The notes below the pieces were generated by a model that saw only the letters and a list, made by a program, of their open reading frames with translations, was not told the origin of the DNA and ran no database searches. Made by a program: the position numbers and the translations under genes. Below are positions 40,400-52,402 of a stretch of DNA of 64,000 nt, in pieces (the first letter of the stretch is position 1; each line of letters begins with the position of its first letter). This DNA comes from Epiperipatus broadwayi (Eukaryota > Animalia > Onychophora): contig JAQFVV010000008.1 in NCBI GenBank assembly GCA_028023455.1, forward strand, positions 8,370,001-8,434,000. The letters run 5' to 3'.

Positions 40400-43300
40400 G
40401 CTTCATCATTGCTGTATCTTGGCATGGTAATCCATATGCAACTATGCCTATTAGCATTGCCATTGGGAGACATGAGCTGCAGTAGCATCAATTACATATT
40501 AAATAATAAGAGAATAAGTTAGATTAATAATATAGCCATTAAACTTGGAATTTACATATATACTATTAGAAGTGCCATAAAAATATACAAAAATAATAAA
40601 AAGTTCGTCAACATGTAATCATAACCTCATCCTGCTTTGAACAGTTCCATAGGCAGGAGTCTCTGAGCACCAACCCATGATTAATATATACCCCTTAATT
40701 TTCTATTGTTCTTCTGGAATGCCAAACATTCATATGGTTGGAATGATCACATACAGTCTGAATTTGATTCAAAATTGTATCATAAATACTCTGATTGAAT
40801 ACTTTAATAATTTTATTATGCAAAGTTATTTTAGCATACATTTCATTTTTTTGTCACAAAAACCCTTCCTTTATTTGCTACAGGCGCAAATACCCAAATA
40901 ATATCTTTTATTAAATTATACAAATAAATATATGTGACTTAATTATATCATTAATTCAATTATTATATATTTATACTCACACCCAATACTTTTTTATTTT
41001 TATTATTTTTAATTATAATTTAATCTATCATAACAATTAATTTCAAATCTTATATATATATTATAATTTTTTTCACTTTAATACCTTTATTTCTCTCCCA
41101 CTTATCTTATATATATACATACACATCCACTCTAAATTAATATCTTTCAATTAAACTTTACATTACACAAATTATATTAACATTCTTTCTCAAATTTAAT
41201 ATTAATATATTTAATTTACTTTTTTTTTAATAATTATATTATTTTATATCTTTCATTTATATTTCTTTTATATTTTTTTTAAATATTTTTTAAATTATTA
41301 ATATTAATTTATTATAATTATATTTTATTAATTTTTTATTTAATATATAATTATAAATATATTAATATTAATTATTTATTATTTTTTATTAAATATTTAT
41401 AATATACCAACATATTATTACATATTATTAATACACTATACCCAACATTTTAAATAATTATAAAATTTTATAAAATTTATTTATTATATTAATATTATAT
41501 ATTTTATTTAATTATTGCTCAGGACCCCCCCCCCCGGGCCGGCCCGCCCCGGGGGATTCTTTTTCTTTTTTTTTTTATTTTTATTTCAATTTAATTTTTT
41601 TTTTTTTTTTTATTTAATTAAAATAAGAGAAGGGGGATTTTGGAAAATTTTAAATGTTAAAAAAAAAAATTTTTTTTTTACAAATAAACTTAATACTCCA
41701 ATAATAAAAATAAAAAAATAAAAATAAAACAAAATTTTTAATTAAAATAAAAAAAAAAAAAAAAAAAATTTTTTGAAATAAATATTTTTAAAAAAAAAAT
41801 TTTTTTTTTTTTTTGGAGTTTTTTTTTTTTTTTTTTTTTATATTTTAAGGGTTATATTTTTTTTTTTTGCCCCTAAAGGAAGAAAAAAGAACAATAAAAA
41901 TAAAAAAAAGACAAATTTTTTATAAATTTTTTGAACGGGCTTGTAGGGGGGGCCCCTTCGTTTGGCGTTATAATATGTAATAATCTACATATAAGAATGC
42001 AGAGGCTATTACCTCTTATTATGCTGTAATATAGCAATCCTCCTCTCACTACAGAAAATATTACATAGTCCTTTAAGTGACTAGATGGTTTTCCATAATC
42101 TTTGCTTGTATATCAGCTCAGCTGGCATCAGGTTCTAGCTTATCTTATCTTGATCAGATGAGTAAATGTGTTTTAGATGGTCCACTCACAGATTAGCAAT
42201 CCCTGACTCATCACTTTGTAAATCTGCAACTTGATGGCTAATTTCTATATTTTCTTTCTTTGTATCTGGTGAATTATTCTCAACATATCTAGGATTGTTT
42301 TCTTGATAGCACTTCTTTAAATAGTTTAGGTATTTGTTGAATATCATTCCATTTTCCTTAACAACTTCAGCAAGCTGTGATGCAATTCACGTGCACCCAG
42401 ATCCTGTCTCCAACTTTAAAACTATTTCCATGCTGCAGGTTCAATCTAGATTTCTTTTTCATTATTTTAATTCTAATTCTGCAAGAGATTTCCCCATAGT
42501 CATTGCTGATATACTATGCTAGTGAAGCACTACCTTGTATAAAGCTTTATTCATATTTCTAGCATTTAATTTGCGTAAACTTGACTTCATTTGTTGGATC
42601 ACTCTCTCAGCAAGTCCATTTGTCTTGAGGTGATAAGGTGGCATCCAAATGTGTTCTATTTCCAATTTTTTCATGTAGGCTTAAAATTTCACTGAAACAA
42701 ACACAGTTCTGTTGTCAGATACTAGCACTATACAATTGATTTTTGGATCAATTTCTGGTAATTTCAATTTTGTTGAATGCACCAATTGGCAGGATCCAGA
42801 TGAGGGCCAATCATATGCAGTCATACCTATTAGCTTATGTCAGTTGGGAGTCATGAGCTGGAGTAGCATCAATAATATATTGAATAATAAGAGAGAGAGA
42901 AAGAGAGATGAGTTAGACAAATAATGTAGTTTATTAAACTTGTATTTTTATATAAAGGCATACAAAAATAGGTGACCTGTAATGATAACTTAGTCATGAT
43001 TTCAATATTTCCAAAGGCAGGAGTCTCTCAAGCACCAATCCATAGTTTGGAGGCTTTATATACTCTTTTATTTTCTATTCTTCTTCTGGAAGTCCAAGCA
43101 GACATATGGTTAAAATGACCATATATGATCTGATCTTGATCTAACACAACCATATATGACAAACCAGTTCAAGTGCAACATTTACGCAGTTGGAATGAAC
43201 ATATATGGACCCAAAATTGACAGTATATGTAGTCTGATTCTACTTTAATAAAGTTATTTGGATGTGCATTTCATTCCTTTGTCACAAAACATTTAATTTG

Positions 43301-43531
43301 CCACATGTTCAAATACCCAAATATCTATTATTTTATTATACATGTACATAGTTTTATTATTTATTAACACAAAACACTAAATACTATTAATAATATTTTA
43401 CAACTACATGTTTAACTTTTCTACTTATTAAATCTAACATTAATTCAATTCCAATATATACTTAATACATGCACATACTCCATACATATGAATGTGTAAG
43501 ATATTATCTATTACTATCTTATAATATAGCA
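40400..43531 (-). mobile_element. Internally deleted Ty3/Gypsy element, apparently tandem
   Basis: LTRs start TGCTATATTA at 43531 and 42036; PPT AGTGAGAGGAGGA lies at ~42050-42038. The integrase core VLVSDNRTVFVSVKF..WMPPYHLKTNGLAERVIQQMKSSL is at ~42.55-42.73 kb. LTR blocks 40510-40920 and 42890-43345 are homologous (GGCAGGAGTCTCTxAGCACCAA, CAAATACCCAAATA). Confidence 0.8.
40937..41980. other. Low-complexity, probably low-quality assembly segment
   Basis: There is no G for 580 nt (40937-41516), followed by inflated homopolymer runs (C11, long A and T tracts). It sits inside an LTR whose sister copy has only ~155 bp at this position. Confidence 0.7.
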
Positions 43532-44299
43532 ATCATCTTGGGAAATAAAATATCACACTATTATAAAATCCTGTTTAGCATGCATTCAATTTGACAAAAG
43601 ACTGAAAAATAATTGCCAGAATTTTTCATAATATTTAGCAAAAGTAACATTTCTTTTATTGTAATTATACATCATAAAAAGGTCATGAATTGAGAATGTA
43701 AGAATTACTGCCTCTAAAATGAAATGTTCAATATTTATTTTTGGTAACTTTTTTATCCAGATTTACAAATATTTTTTAATTCTTGAGTGCAGGTAAGCCA
43801 GGGTGTCTAATTAATATGCACTATACTTGATAATTTAGTAATAGATTTAAGATTTTGAAATATAATTAAAATTATAAATGTCAAATGAGAAAAATAGAAT
43901 TAGTGAAGTTAAATATCAAATAGAGCTGCAACAGAGACTCTAATATTTTAGCTTTCTATTTATTTATTTTTAAGATAATTAGAATTTGAGATATAAAATA
44001 TTAGAAGGGATTTCTTATAATGTGAACCAATATAAAATATAATATGAGTGATCTATATTGTAATGGGATATATATACGTTATATTAAAAAAAATTTTTTT
44101 TAGATATCTAATAATGAGTTAAATGCACAGTTGTTCAAAATGCACAATAATAATGAGTTATTAATTTATTAATAAGTTCCATTTAAATATTAAAAATAAA
44201 ATAAGCTAAAAGAATTTATAGAATCAAAACAAAGATTCTAATTTTAAAATATAATAAAAACCTTTTAGTCTTAAAAATAAAGATGAGAGTGATTTCTTT

Positions 44300-45990
44300 C
44301 TTAACAAAAATAAAATTACAAACAGGTCCTTAGGGCATAGTGAAAATCAAAAAGATTATGAAATAGATAAGAGTCTAAAGAAATAAATTAAAGGCTTGCT
44401 TTTCCCACCCAAGATATATATATGCACACAGACCGCAAAGGGAAAATCTAGTTACCAAAGAACCAATGAAATACATTTATGAAATATGTCAGATAGATCT
44501 GAGGATTCCAAGATAAGATGCTTCAGGACTATAAAAAGAAAAATTCAAAAGAAATCGTGAGAAAAAATTTGTTTGTCATTGTTAAAAAGCAAAAAAACCT
44601 AAAAGAAGATCAAAGTAGGAGAGTTGTTGTTGCCACAATGTGATCCGTTTAATCATGCTTCCCTCGGTCCGGCTGGCCGAAGGCAGCTTTCACCTTCACA
44701 TAACCCAGGGCTGAACCATGGGAACCATCATAAATCGTCATCATCCACAAGAAATGGTTCCTGCATAAACTCAGGAGATCTTCATCATGAGGGAACTAGC
44801 CCGGAGAAAGAAAGGAAAGTATAAATTATTAATGATAGAATGAACTATAAACTTTCTTTGATTTAATATCTCTGAACTTTATTTTCCTTTAAATATGAAC
44901 TATTATGAATTATAGACTTTCTTTGATGACTAAATCTGAACTTTATTTCCATAAACTTTTAATGTTAAAAATTTCTTATCTAAAAGTTAAACATAATCAT
45001 CATAAAATATATAATATACTCCTTTTAATGCTTAGTGTAAGACCTGCCGGTAATATGGCAGGAGTTGGCGATCATAAACCTAAATTTAGATATAAAAGTG
45101 AATACATATCATTATTTGTGCATTATTGGATTTTAAAATAAGTTAAATACATTAAAAAGTTTTAAAGAATAAATTAAATTATTAAATTGTATTAAATTTA
45201 AGTTGGGTGTACATGGCTGCATAGATTCGTTAAAGTTTATTTTAGTTTAAGGAGGTTTAATTTTGGACTATTTGTGTCGTAGTTTGAGCCGAGGCTGATG
45301 GAGGGATGTATGGATTTTATATCAATGTAATTTGAAGCATGTTAGCATATAGGGCACTGTGCCCAAATGAATGCATGGCCCAGAGGTGTAGCCATCACAC
45401 TGCAATGGATATGGACGTATTTCCCACGCCATTGATTTCCTTTATCTCTATGGATTGGGACTATAAGCCGGCGAAGACTGCTCTCCCTCATGTGGAGCAT
45501 TTTGTTTTATATTTTTCTTTATCCTCTTTGCCAGACAGATGCACATTTCTGTGCTGGAAGAAGATTATTATTAATAATATCATGCCACAGACACACATTC
45601 CTGTTGGCATGGTTTTATACTAAGATCTTCGTGTCGCATTGGTTGCGTCTGTATATCAGGATGCTAGCATTGGTTTAACTGTGAACTTTTAGCCTGGGGT
45701 TGGATGTTCTGAAAGTTTTTAACCGCATAGTCTAGGTAGTCTTTCTATGCTTAACATTCTAAAATAATAAGATATATAAACTGTCCATCTGTGCAAATTA
45801 TCAAGGATAATAGAATTAAATCTAAATAATGTTAAATTAATCCCTCAAATTGTTTATATACGTAATAAATGTTTGTGTTATTACTGCAATAGTTTATTAT
45901 ACTATTTTTTTATTAAAAATATGTTAAAAAAATTTATATCATTAAATCTCAGCTTCTCCTTGAGCCAGTGACTAGAGCATATTGGTCGAA
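44300..45990. other. Unclassified LTR-like module(s) with two GC-richer islands (44610-44820, 45280-45730)
   Basis: Sharp composition islands in an AT-rich background and a TATA-like CTATAAAAAG at ~44529; no recognisable protein motif. Confidence 0.3.
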
Positions 45991-46439
45991 ATAAAATGGA
46001 AGTTTTTTTAACAAGAAGTATCTGCCTACATTATAAATTTTCCAGGTTCAAAGGGCCCGGTGGCACTCTGTATGGCAGATAGAGTAAGAGTAATTTCCCC
46101 CAGACTATTATAATATTATATTAAAGATATGGGTTTTTTTTTTATTTTTAGTTTTTTAAAATATCATTTGAAAACAATTACAATATAAATTTTTCATGCA
46201 TTTTTATATTGTAAATTACAAATTTTATAAAATCAATTAAAGCAAAAATTTATATGCTAATAAAATTTCTATATAAATAAAAATCATGCAAGATTCTTCA
46301 AGACTGGTGCAATATTTGTTGAGTTATAAATTCACAAACAAATAAACTTTCACATTTATGTAGTAATTAGATATAACTGTGATTATTTAAATACAAAAAA
46401 AAAAAAAAATTAAATACAGAAAAAATTATGAATTAAATA

Positions 46440-46650
46440 AAACAAACTTACAAATTGAAAATAATTTTTTTAATAAACTAAATTGTTTTGTATTTTAAAA
46501 ATGAAATTGGAACATTTATGAATTAAATAATCAAATTTACAAATCGAAAACAAGTTTTTAATAAGATTTTTCTAAAAAATATTACAAAGAAGAAACAACT
46601 TCATTACTACAAATAATTTTATGCATTTTGATAAAATTTAGCAAAATTTG
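46440..46650 (+). repeat. AT-rich dispersed repeat, copy 2, with an internal ~55-bp duplication
   Basis: Matches 35430-35640. TTATGAATTAAATAA..TTACAAATxGAAAA occurs at both ~46427 and ~46517. Confidence 0.6.
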
Positions 46651-49479
46651 TCTTTAATAACAGTAGCAATATAATTTATTTAAACCAAAAACTACAATGA
46701 AGTTGTAATATTTGTTATATAGTATATTGTTCCAAGCTCCCATTATACATATGGTACATTGCGTATTATATAATACATGTTTTGTTAATAAGCTTTGATT
46801 ACAGCAAAATATATATTGTTTACTGATTGCATGTGTACAATATTTTTCAACACACACATATAAATATTAAAATTATAGTATAACTAAAATTAGAAAAAAC
46901 ATTAAAGTTTTATTGTTTTTCTTTTTGGATAGTGTATAATTGAAGCAGTACATACTGATACAACATTTATCACAGTTTCAGTGGCAGTTTGTGACTAAAA
47001 TTTGTAGGAGTTACGTTTCGGACAATTTTTAGCTACTGTTTTAATATTGTGTAAACGAAACAAACATTAAAAAAAATATATATATATAAACTTGATAAAA
47101 TCCTAAACAAATATTAGATTTGCTGTGATTGAAACTCTACCTCAGAAACAAATATGTAAATAAACACCAAATTAAACACATTTACAATCTTCTAAAAAGG
47201 AACATAAATTATTTTTTACCTCAATATTACATAATCTTCGGATTGTGATAAACTTGTTACTGAAAATTTGCTTTAGCTGTTAATTTAACTTTAAAACTAT
47301 GCAAAGTGCTGGCATAAAGAAATGGACACTTTCATTTCTATTTTGTAGGACATCAAAAAGTTCAGTCTGCACCAGTGATTGCTCATTACTTTGATGAAAA
47401 TGAATGTGGTTATCATTATATATATATGTTTTTTTCCTCTCTTTTCTTTAAAATAAATATTTATATCACCATTTAATGAAATCCATTCTTTTTGTTTTAC
47501 TTTGCTGCTTAAGAATTACATAATGTACAAATATAAAGAAAGAATTAAAGTAAAAAAAGACTCAGGTTATCAAAAATAGAGAGAAAATCAGCACTGAGGA
47601 GTGATAGTACTCTCTCTACCTACTACTAGTGTTCAGCTTCTTACCTCAGACAACTGAACATATGCATAACAGCCAAACATTGCATCACTGGAATGGTAAA
47701 GAACATAGTTTTATAGAAGGATTTTTGTATTTTTTTCTGGAAGTAGGAGATGGCTAGTGATATTAAACTTAAATTTAAAAAAAACAGATTCATTATAAAT
47801 ATAATAGGGGGTGTTGCAGTTCCAGGAGTGCCTATACATAAGTCACTACTGCACAACTTCATTGTATGTTGAATTTTTATGTTTAAAACAACAAATAAAT
47901 ACAGATGACTCATTTAAACATTTAAAAATAATTTTGTTCTTTTCATTATTTCAAAAAATACAATTGATCTATTCTCTAAATAGATAGCAAATTATTTTCA
48001 AATTGAGAAACTATTTTTCCATTTTCTTTAAAAATAAATTCTAATTTTGTTCCTAATTAATTAACATTAGTAAGTAATTAGGGAGAGGTATGCTGTTTAT
48101 GTTTATTAATATATTAATGTTGATTTATATTTTTTCTGAAATCTACTAATATTCAGCATGTAATTATAATTAATAATTAATTGATTATATAATATTTGTC
48201 TGAAGGTTTGTGATGATGGTATGTTAGATATGATAATAAAATGGACTATTTCCACCATCTAATAATGAATGCACAATCTAACCTGTGTGGTCTATTTGTG
48301 TGTTATTACTAACAAGTTGCTGATATTTGAAAAGCTTAAATAAAGAATTAAAATAGTACAACAAATTATCACAAAGTTGATTATATAAATACTTAAATCT
48401 CCATACATGCATTCAATTCAGGGCTACTAAATTCATTTACTAATGTGAAAAAAGAAGCATTCTCTTAGCAGCATGATAAATTAAGCTATCTTTTGTATTT
48501 CATCTTCCACAATGCTTGGATTCAATATTTATAAGAAAACAAAAGCATTCTTTACATATTTTTTTTTTATAGTTTATATATATATTCAATCATTGCAAAT
48601 ATATAAAATTTACATTATTGATTGAATGCATATCTAAATATTGTATCTTCCAACAGAGACTTCATATCTCCCATATTTTTCATGGTTCTCTAGCTTTTGT
48701 AAATAATACTTCTAAAATGAGCATCATATTAAGATAAAAAAAATTCGGTTAAGATTTTATGTAGAATTTTTACTTAAGAAATTTTAAAAATAAATTATAT
48801 ACTTTATGTGAAAATTGATTACTTGTTTTGTTCTTCTGAATACTCTGCAGACCTGTTTTATAATTATCATTATACTACTTTTTCTCCTAAATTAATAAAT
48901 TACCATACTAAATTTCCGGCTTTTGTTAAACAATTTTATCAACTTAAAACGGTTTATATATATATTAATAACTTTTTGGATTATTAATATTATTTGTTTT
49001 TAATCTATGATTGATGAAGAGATACCTCCTTACCCTCAGCTAAAATGTAATATTGCCAGAAGCTTGGTATAAGTTTATCAGTGAAAAAAAAAAACTACAA
49101 CATCTAAATATGACAATTAATTGTTTTCAAAACTTGTAAAAAAAAAGAAAGAAAAATACTACTGCCCATAAAAAAAAAAATCCCTCCAGCAAAGTGTCTA
49201 CTCTACATTGACCATCAATTTGAAGGTTATCTGTTTCAGCTATTATTTTTAGGTATGAAACATCTATAATTATCTGCATAATTCCACTTTTATAATCAGT
49301 CCATTGCAGAATTAGCCATCTATCAAGATATTTATTATTTATAACATATAGATACACAAGTAGAAATTTAAACAGAGAACTAATTAATGGATTTTTTTTT
49401 GACCTGCTATAGATTAAACAAAATAGATAAGACTAAGAACAGAGAAGAATTATCATGGGTGTGGATGGGGACAGAAAAT

Positions 49480-51600
49480 CTCAGTCAAAATGAATCATTT
49501 AATTAACTTATTAAAAATAAAGGAATTTTAACTACAACATTTGATCCTTTCATGCAAATGAAGATGGCAAGAATTTGAAGAACTGTCTAATATTAAATGA
49601 GACATTGTCTGATTTGGGGATGTTAGAAGAAAAGTTGAAGAAACAAGTGATTTGAAAAGTGAGCTTGTAGTTTGTTACAAAAGTATAAATACTGCAAGCA
49701 CAAGTGGAATGGTATTTATTACATATATATATAAAACAAATTGGGAGAAAAACTTACAGAAATTGACAGTATATTAGATAAAATACCACATGCAAATCAG
49801 ATTTATGCTCCAAAAAATTCTCAGATGAAGAAGTAGATTTTTATTTAGATAAATAGAATGTTTTTCATCAAAGCAGAAAACACTTTAAAATTGTAGATTT
49901 AGGGGGAGGGGAGTTCTGAAGAAAATGCCATAATTGTGAATTGGAGGCAGAAATGAAAGAGAATGCAGAATTATAGATTTACTAAAGAAAGATGTATAAT
50001 AAATTCAAAGCTAGAGAGAGATAGAGTCAAAAATTATTAAGAAAGACAGTATTAATAAATGACATTTTTAATTTTCAGGAATATTCCAATGAATTTAAGA
50101 CAGATATTAATAGATTTCAATGATCACTCAAACAAGCTTAATAAAAATAATAAAAAAAGATAATTAGTATGAAAAAAACTGAAATTTATGAGAAAATTTT
50201 AAACTAAACTAAAATAACAAATCTTCAAAAGAACTTGAAAATATTTAAAAAGGCATAAAAAAGACTTAATGATGATGTAAGGAAATATAACTGAATTGGC
50301 AAAGAAAACTATAGAAAGGAATAACAGTATCAAAATATAATATACCTTGCTTGGTATTGGAAGAAAAGTTCTCGAGCAATGAGAAGAAAAAAATAGCACT
50401 ATAGCTAAAACAAGAAACTACAATATGAAATGTATAGAAGAATTCCCCAAAGAACTGTATAATACTAAAAAATAACAAACAATTCCTACAAGTACAAAAT
50501 GTTTTCAGTTGCCAAGTATTTTAACAAATAATTGAGACATGTATTAATAGATCTTCATAAATTTATGAAGAATTGAAAAACTGCAGAAAAATATATATTT
50601 TATTCTTTTATAAAAAAAATGGAAGGAGGGGGTCATAGAAATTAACTCATCTACAGAAAACTTTAGTTAATCAATGTAGTTTTATTACAGTATTAAGAGA
50701 AATTATTATAGAAAGAATCCAATAAATATAAGTTGTCATTATACTTTGGATTTGTGGATTAGGAAAAGATAAAGTCTAAGTATTTCTACAATGCTCAAAA
50801 CTTTACACAATGAGTATATAGATAAATCCAGAATATTTAGAAAATTTTGAAAAATATTGAAATGCAACAGCAAGATTACATTATATGGTTTCACTAGATT
50901 AATATTGATTCTACATCTCTAAAACTTTTTATAGCAGCTTTAAAATGAGAACTAAAAGAATAAAAATAGAAATTATTTAAGTCATCTGGATTTTGCAGAT
51001 CAAGTGATTATTTTTGTAATAATACTCCAGAATTTCAAGGTTACAAGAATTATCAAGATAAAAATAATAATCATGATTTTTTTTGCATAAAGAAAATGTG
51101 AAGAATGATAAGAATGAATTAGAATAAGTTAAAAACTGCAAATATTTTGGTCTTATTATTGATATAGATGAAATATGAGAAAAATTAAGAATAGAATTAA
51201 AGATGGATGAAGTAATTTTTATAGAAATAATTGAATATTAAAAAGAAATATATTTATAGAATAAAAAAAGGAAAGTTTTAAGTAGATATATTTTATACTA
51301 ATTCTTTCATTAGAACATGAGATTTAGACACTTTACAAAAGACTTCAGATTACACAATAAAATATGGAGGAGAGATGCACACTGAGAACAACAAAAACAA
51401 ATTGAAAGCAAAATTCATGGAAGAAAATATAAATGAGTATAGTTAACATTAGTGAAAGAATTAAAAAGTTAACATAGAGCTGATCTGAACATATTGCTAC
51501 GAGAGATGATCTAGATAGACAATTGAAGTCTTAAACTAGTTCCCAAATAATTATTAGAAGAAAAAAATACTAAACCACAAGGATTGGAGAAAATGGGTTT
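49480..51600 (+). mobile_element. Heavily decayed RTE-clade LINE (endonuclease to RT C-terminus)
   Basis: Collinear with the 30.2-32.2 kb copy, e.g. ATTATTTAAGTCATxTxGATTTTGCA at ~50975 vs ~31477. Endonuclease-like remnants lie at ~49550-49950. Confidence 0.7.
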
Positions 51601-52402
51601 TTAGATTGTGGGAAGGATAAATAATAATTTGATCAACAAAATTTTATGATTTATTTATTTGTAATGATTTTGAAAATGTTAAAATATTTAACAAGTTTGA
51701 ATTTGTGATAAAGAAAATTTATTTAAAGCTGAGGCTTTCAATACTGAATAGTATCATAATCATAATAAAATATGACTAAAGGAAGTTGAGATCTAAATTT
51801 AAAGTAACTTTTGAATATTAAAGAACAGATTATCATAAAATTGAATTTTTAGGAGATTACATACTAACACAAATATTTAATGTGATGAAATATTGATTCA
51901 CAATAATGTATATATATAGACAGATAATTACCAACACAAATGAATTATAATCAAGTGTATAGAATAAACAATTTTCTTAAGAGATTTTCTATACAAGAAC
52001 TTTAAAAAAGTTATTTACCATTTTTAATACCTGAATATCATTCAAAGGTTTAAAAAAGTAACAATGAAGACTAAGGGAATTTTAAAATTTCCCCCATGAA
52101 ATGTCTGTGCGTAAAATGTATATATTGTAAATAAAGATCATTTATTAATTTTTGTATTTCAATATTTAATTATTTCCATTTAACTACTCTAAAAAAATCT
52201 ACATATGTGCTCAATTAAGATTTGCAAATCAAAATCAGGTGTAAATTAATCATTTACATACAATGAGAACAATATATAACACCCCCCCTCTTAAAAAATG
52301 ATGCTACATTGGTACCATGCTAAAATGGTTGATTGGTAGAAGAGTATAACTGAAGAATCAACTCAATAGCAGTAAAAAGCAAATAACTGTACAGAAGCCA
52401 TT

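Noticed and set aside
41515-41721. 68-aa ORF with poly-Phe and poly-Pro
   Set aside because: It lies in homopolymer-inflated, probably mis-assembled sequence.
48208-48325. Possible box C/D snoRNA (GTGATGA ... CTGA)
   Set aside because: No terminal stem and no recognisable rRNA-antisense element; both motifs are frequent by chance.
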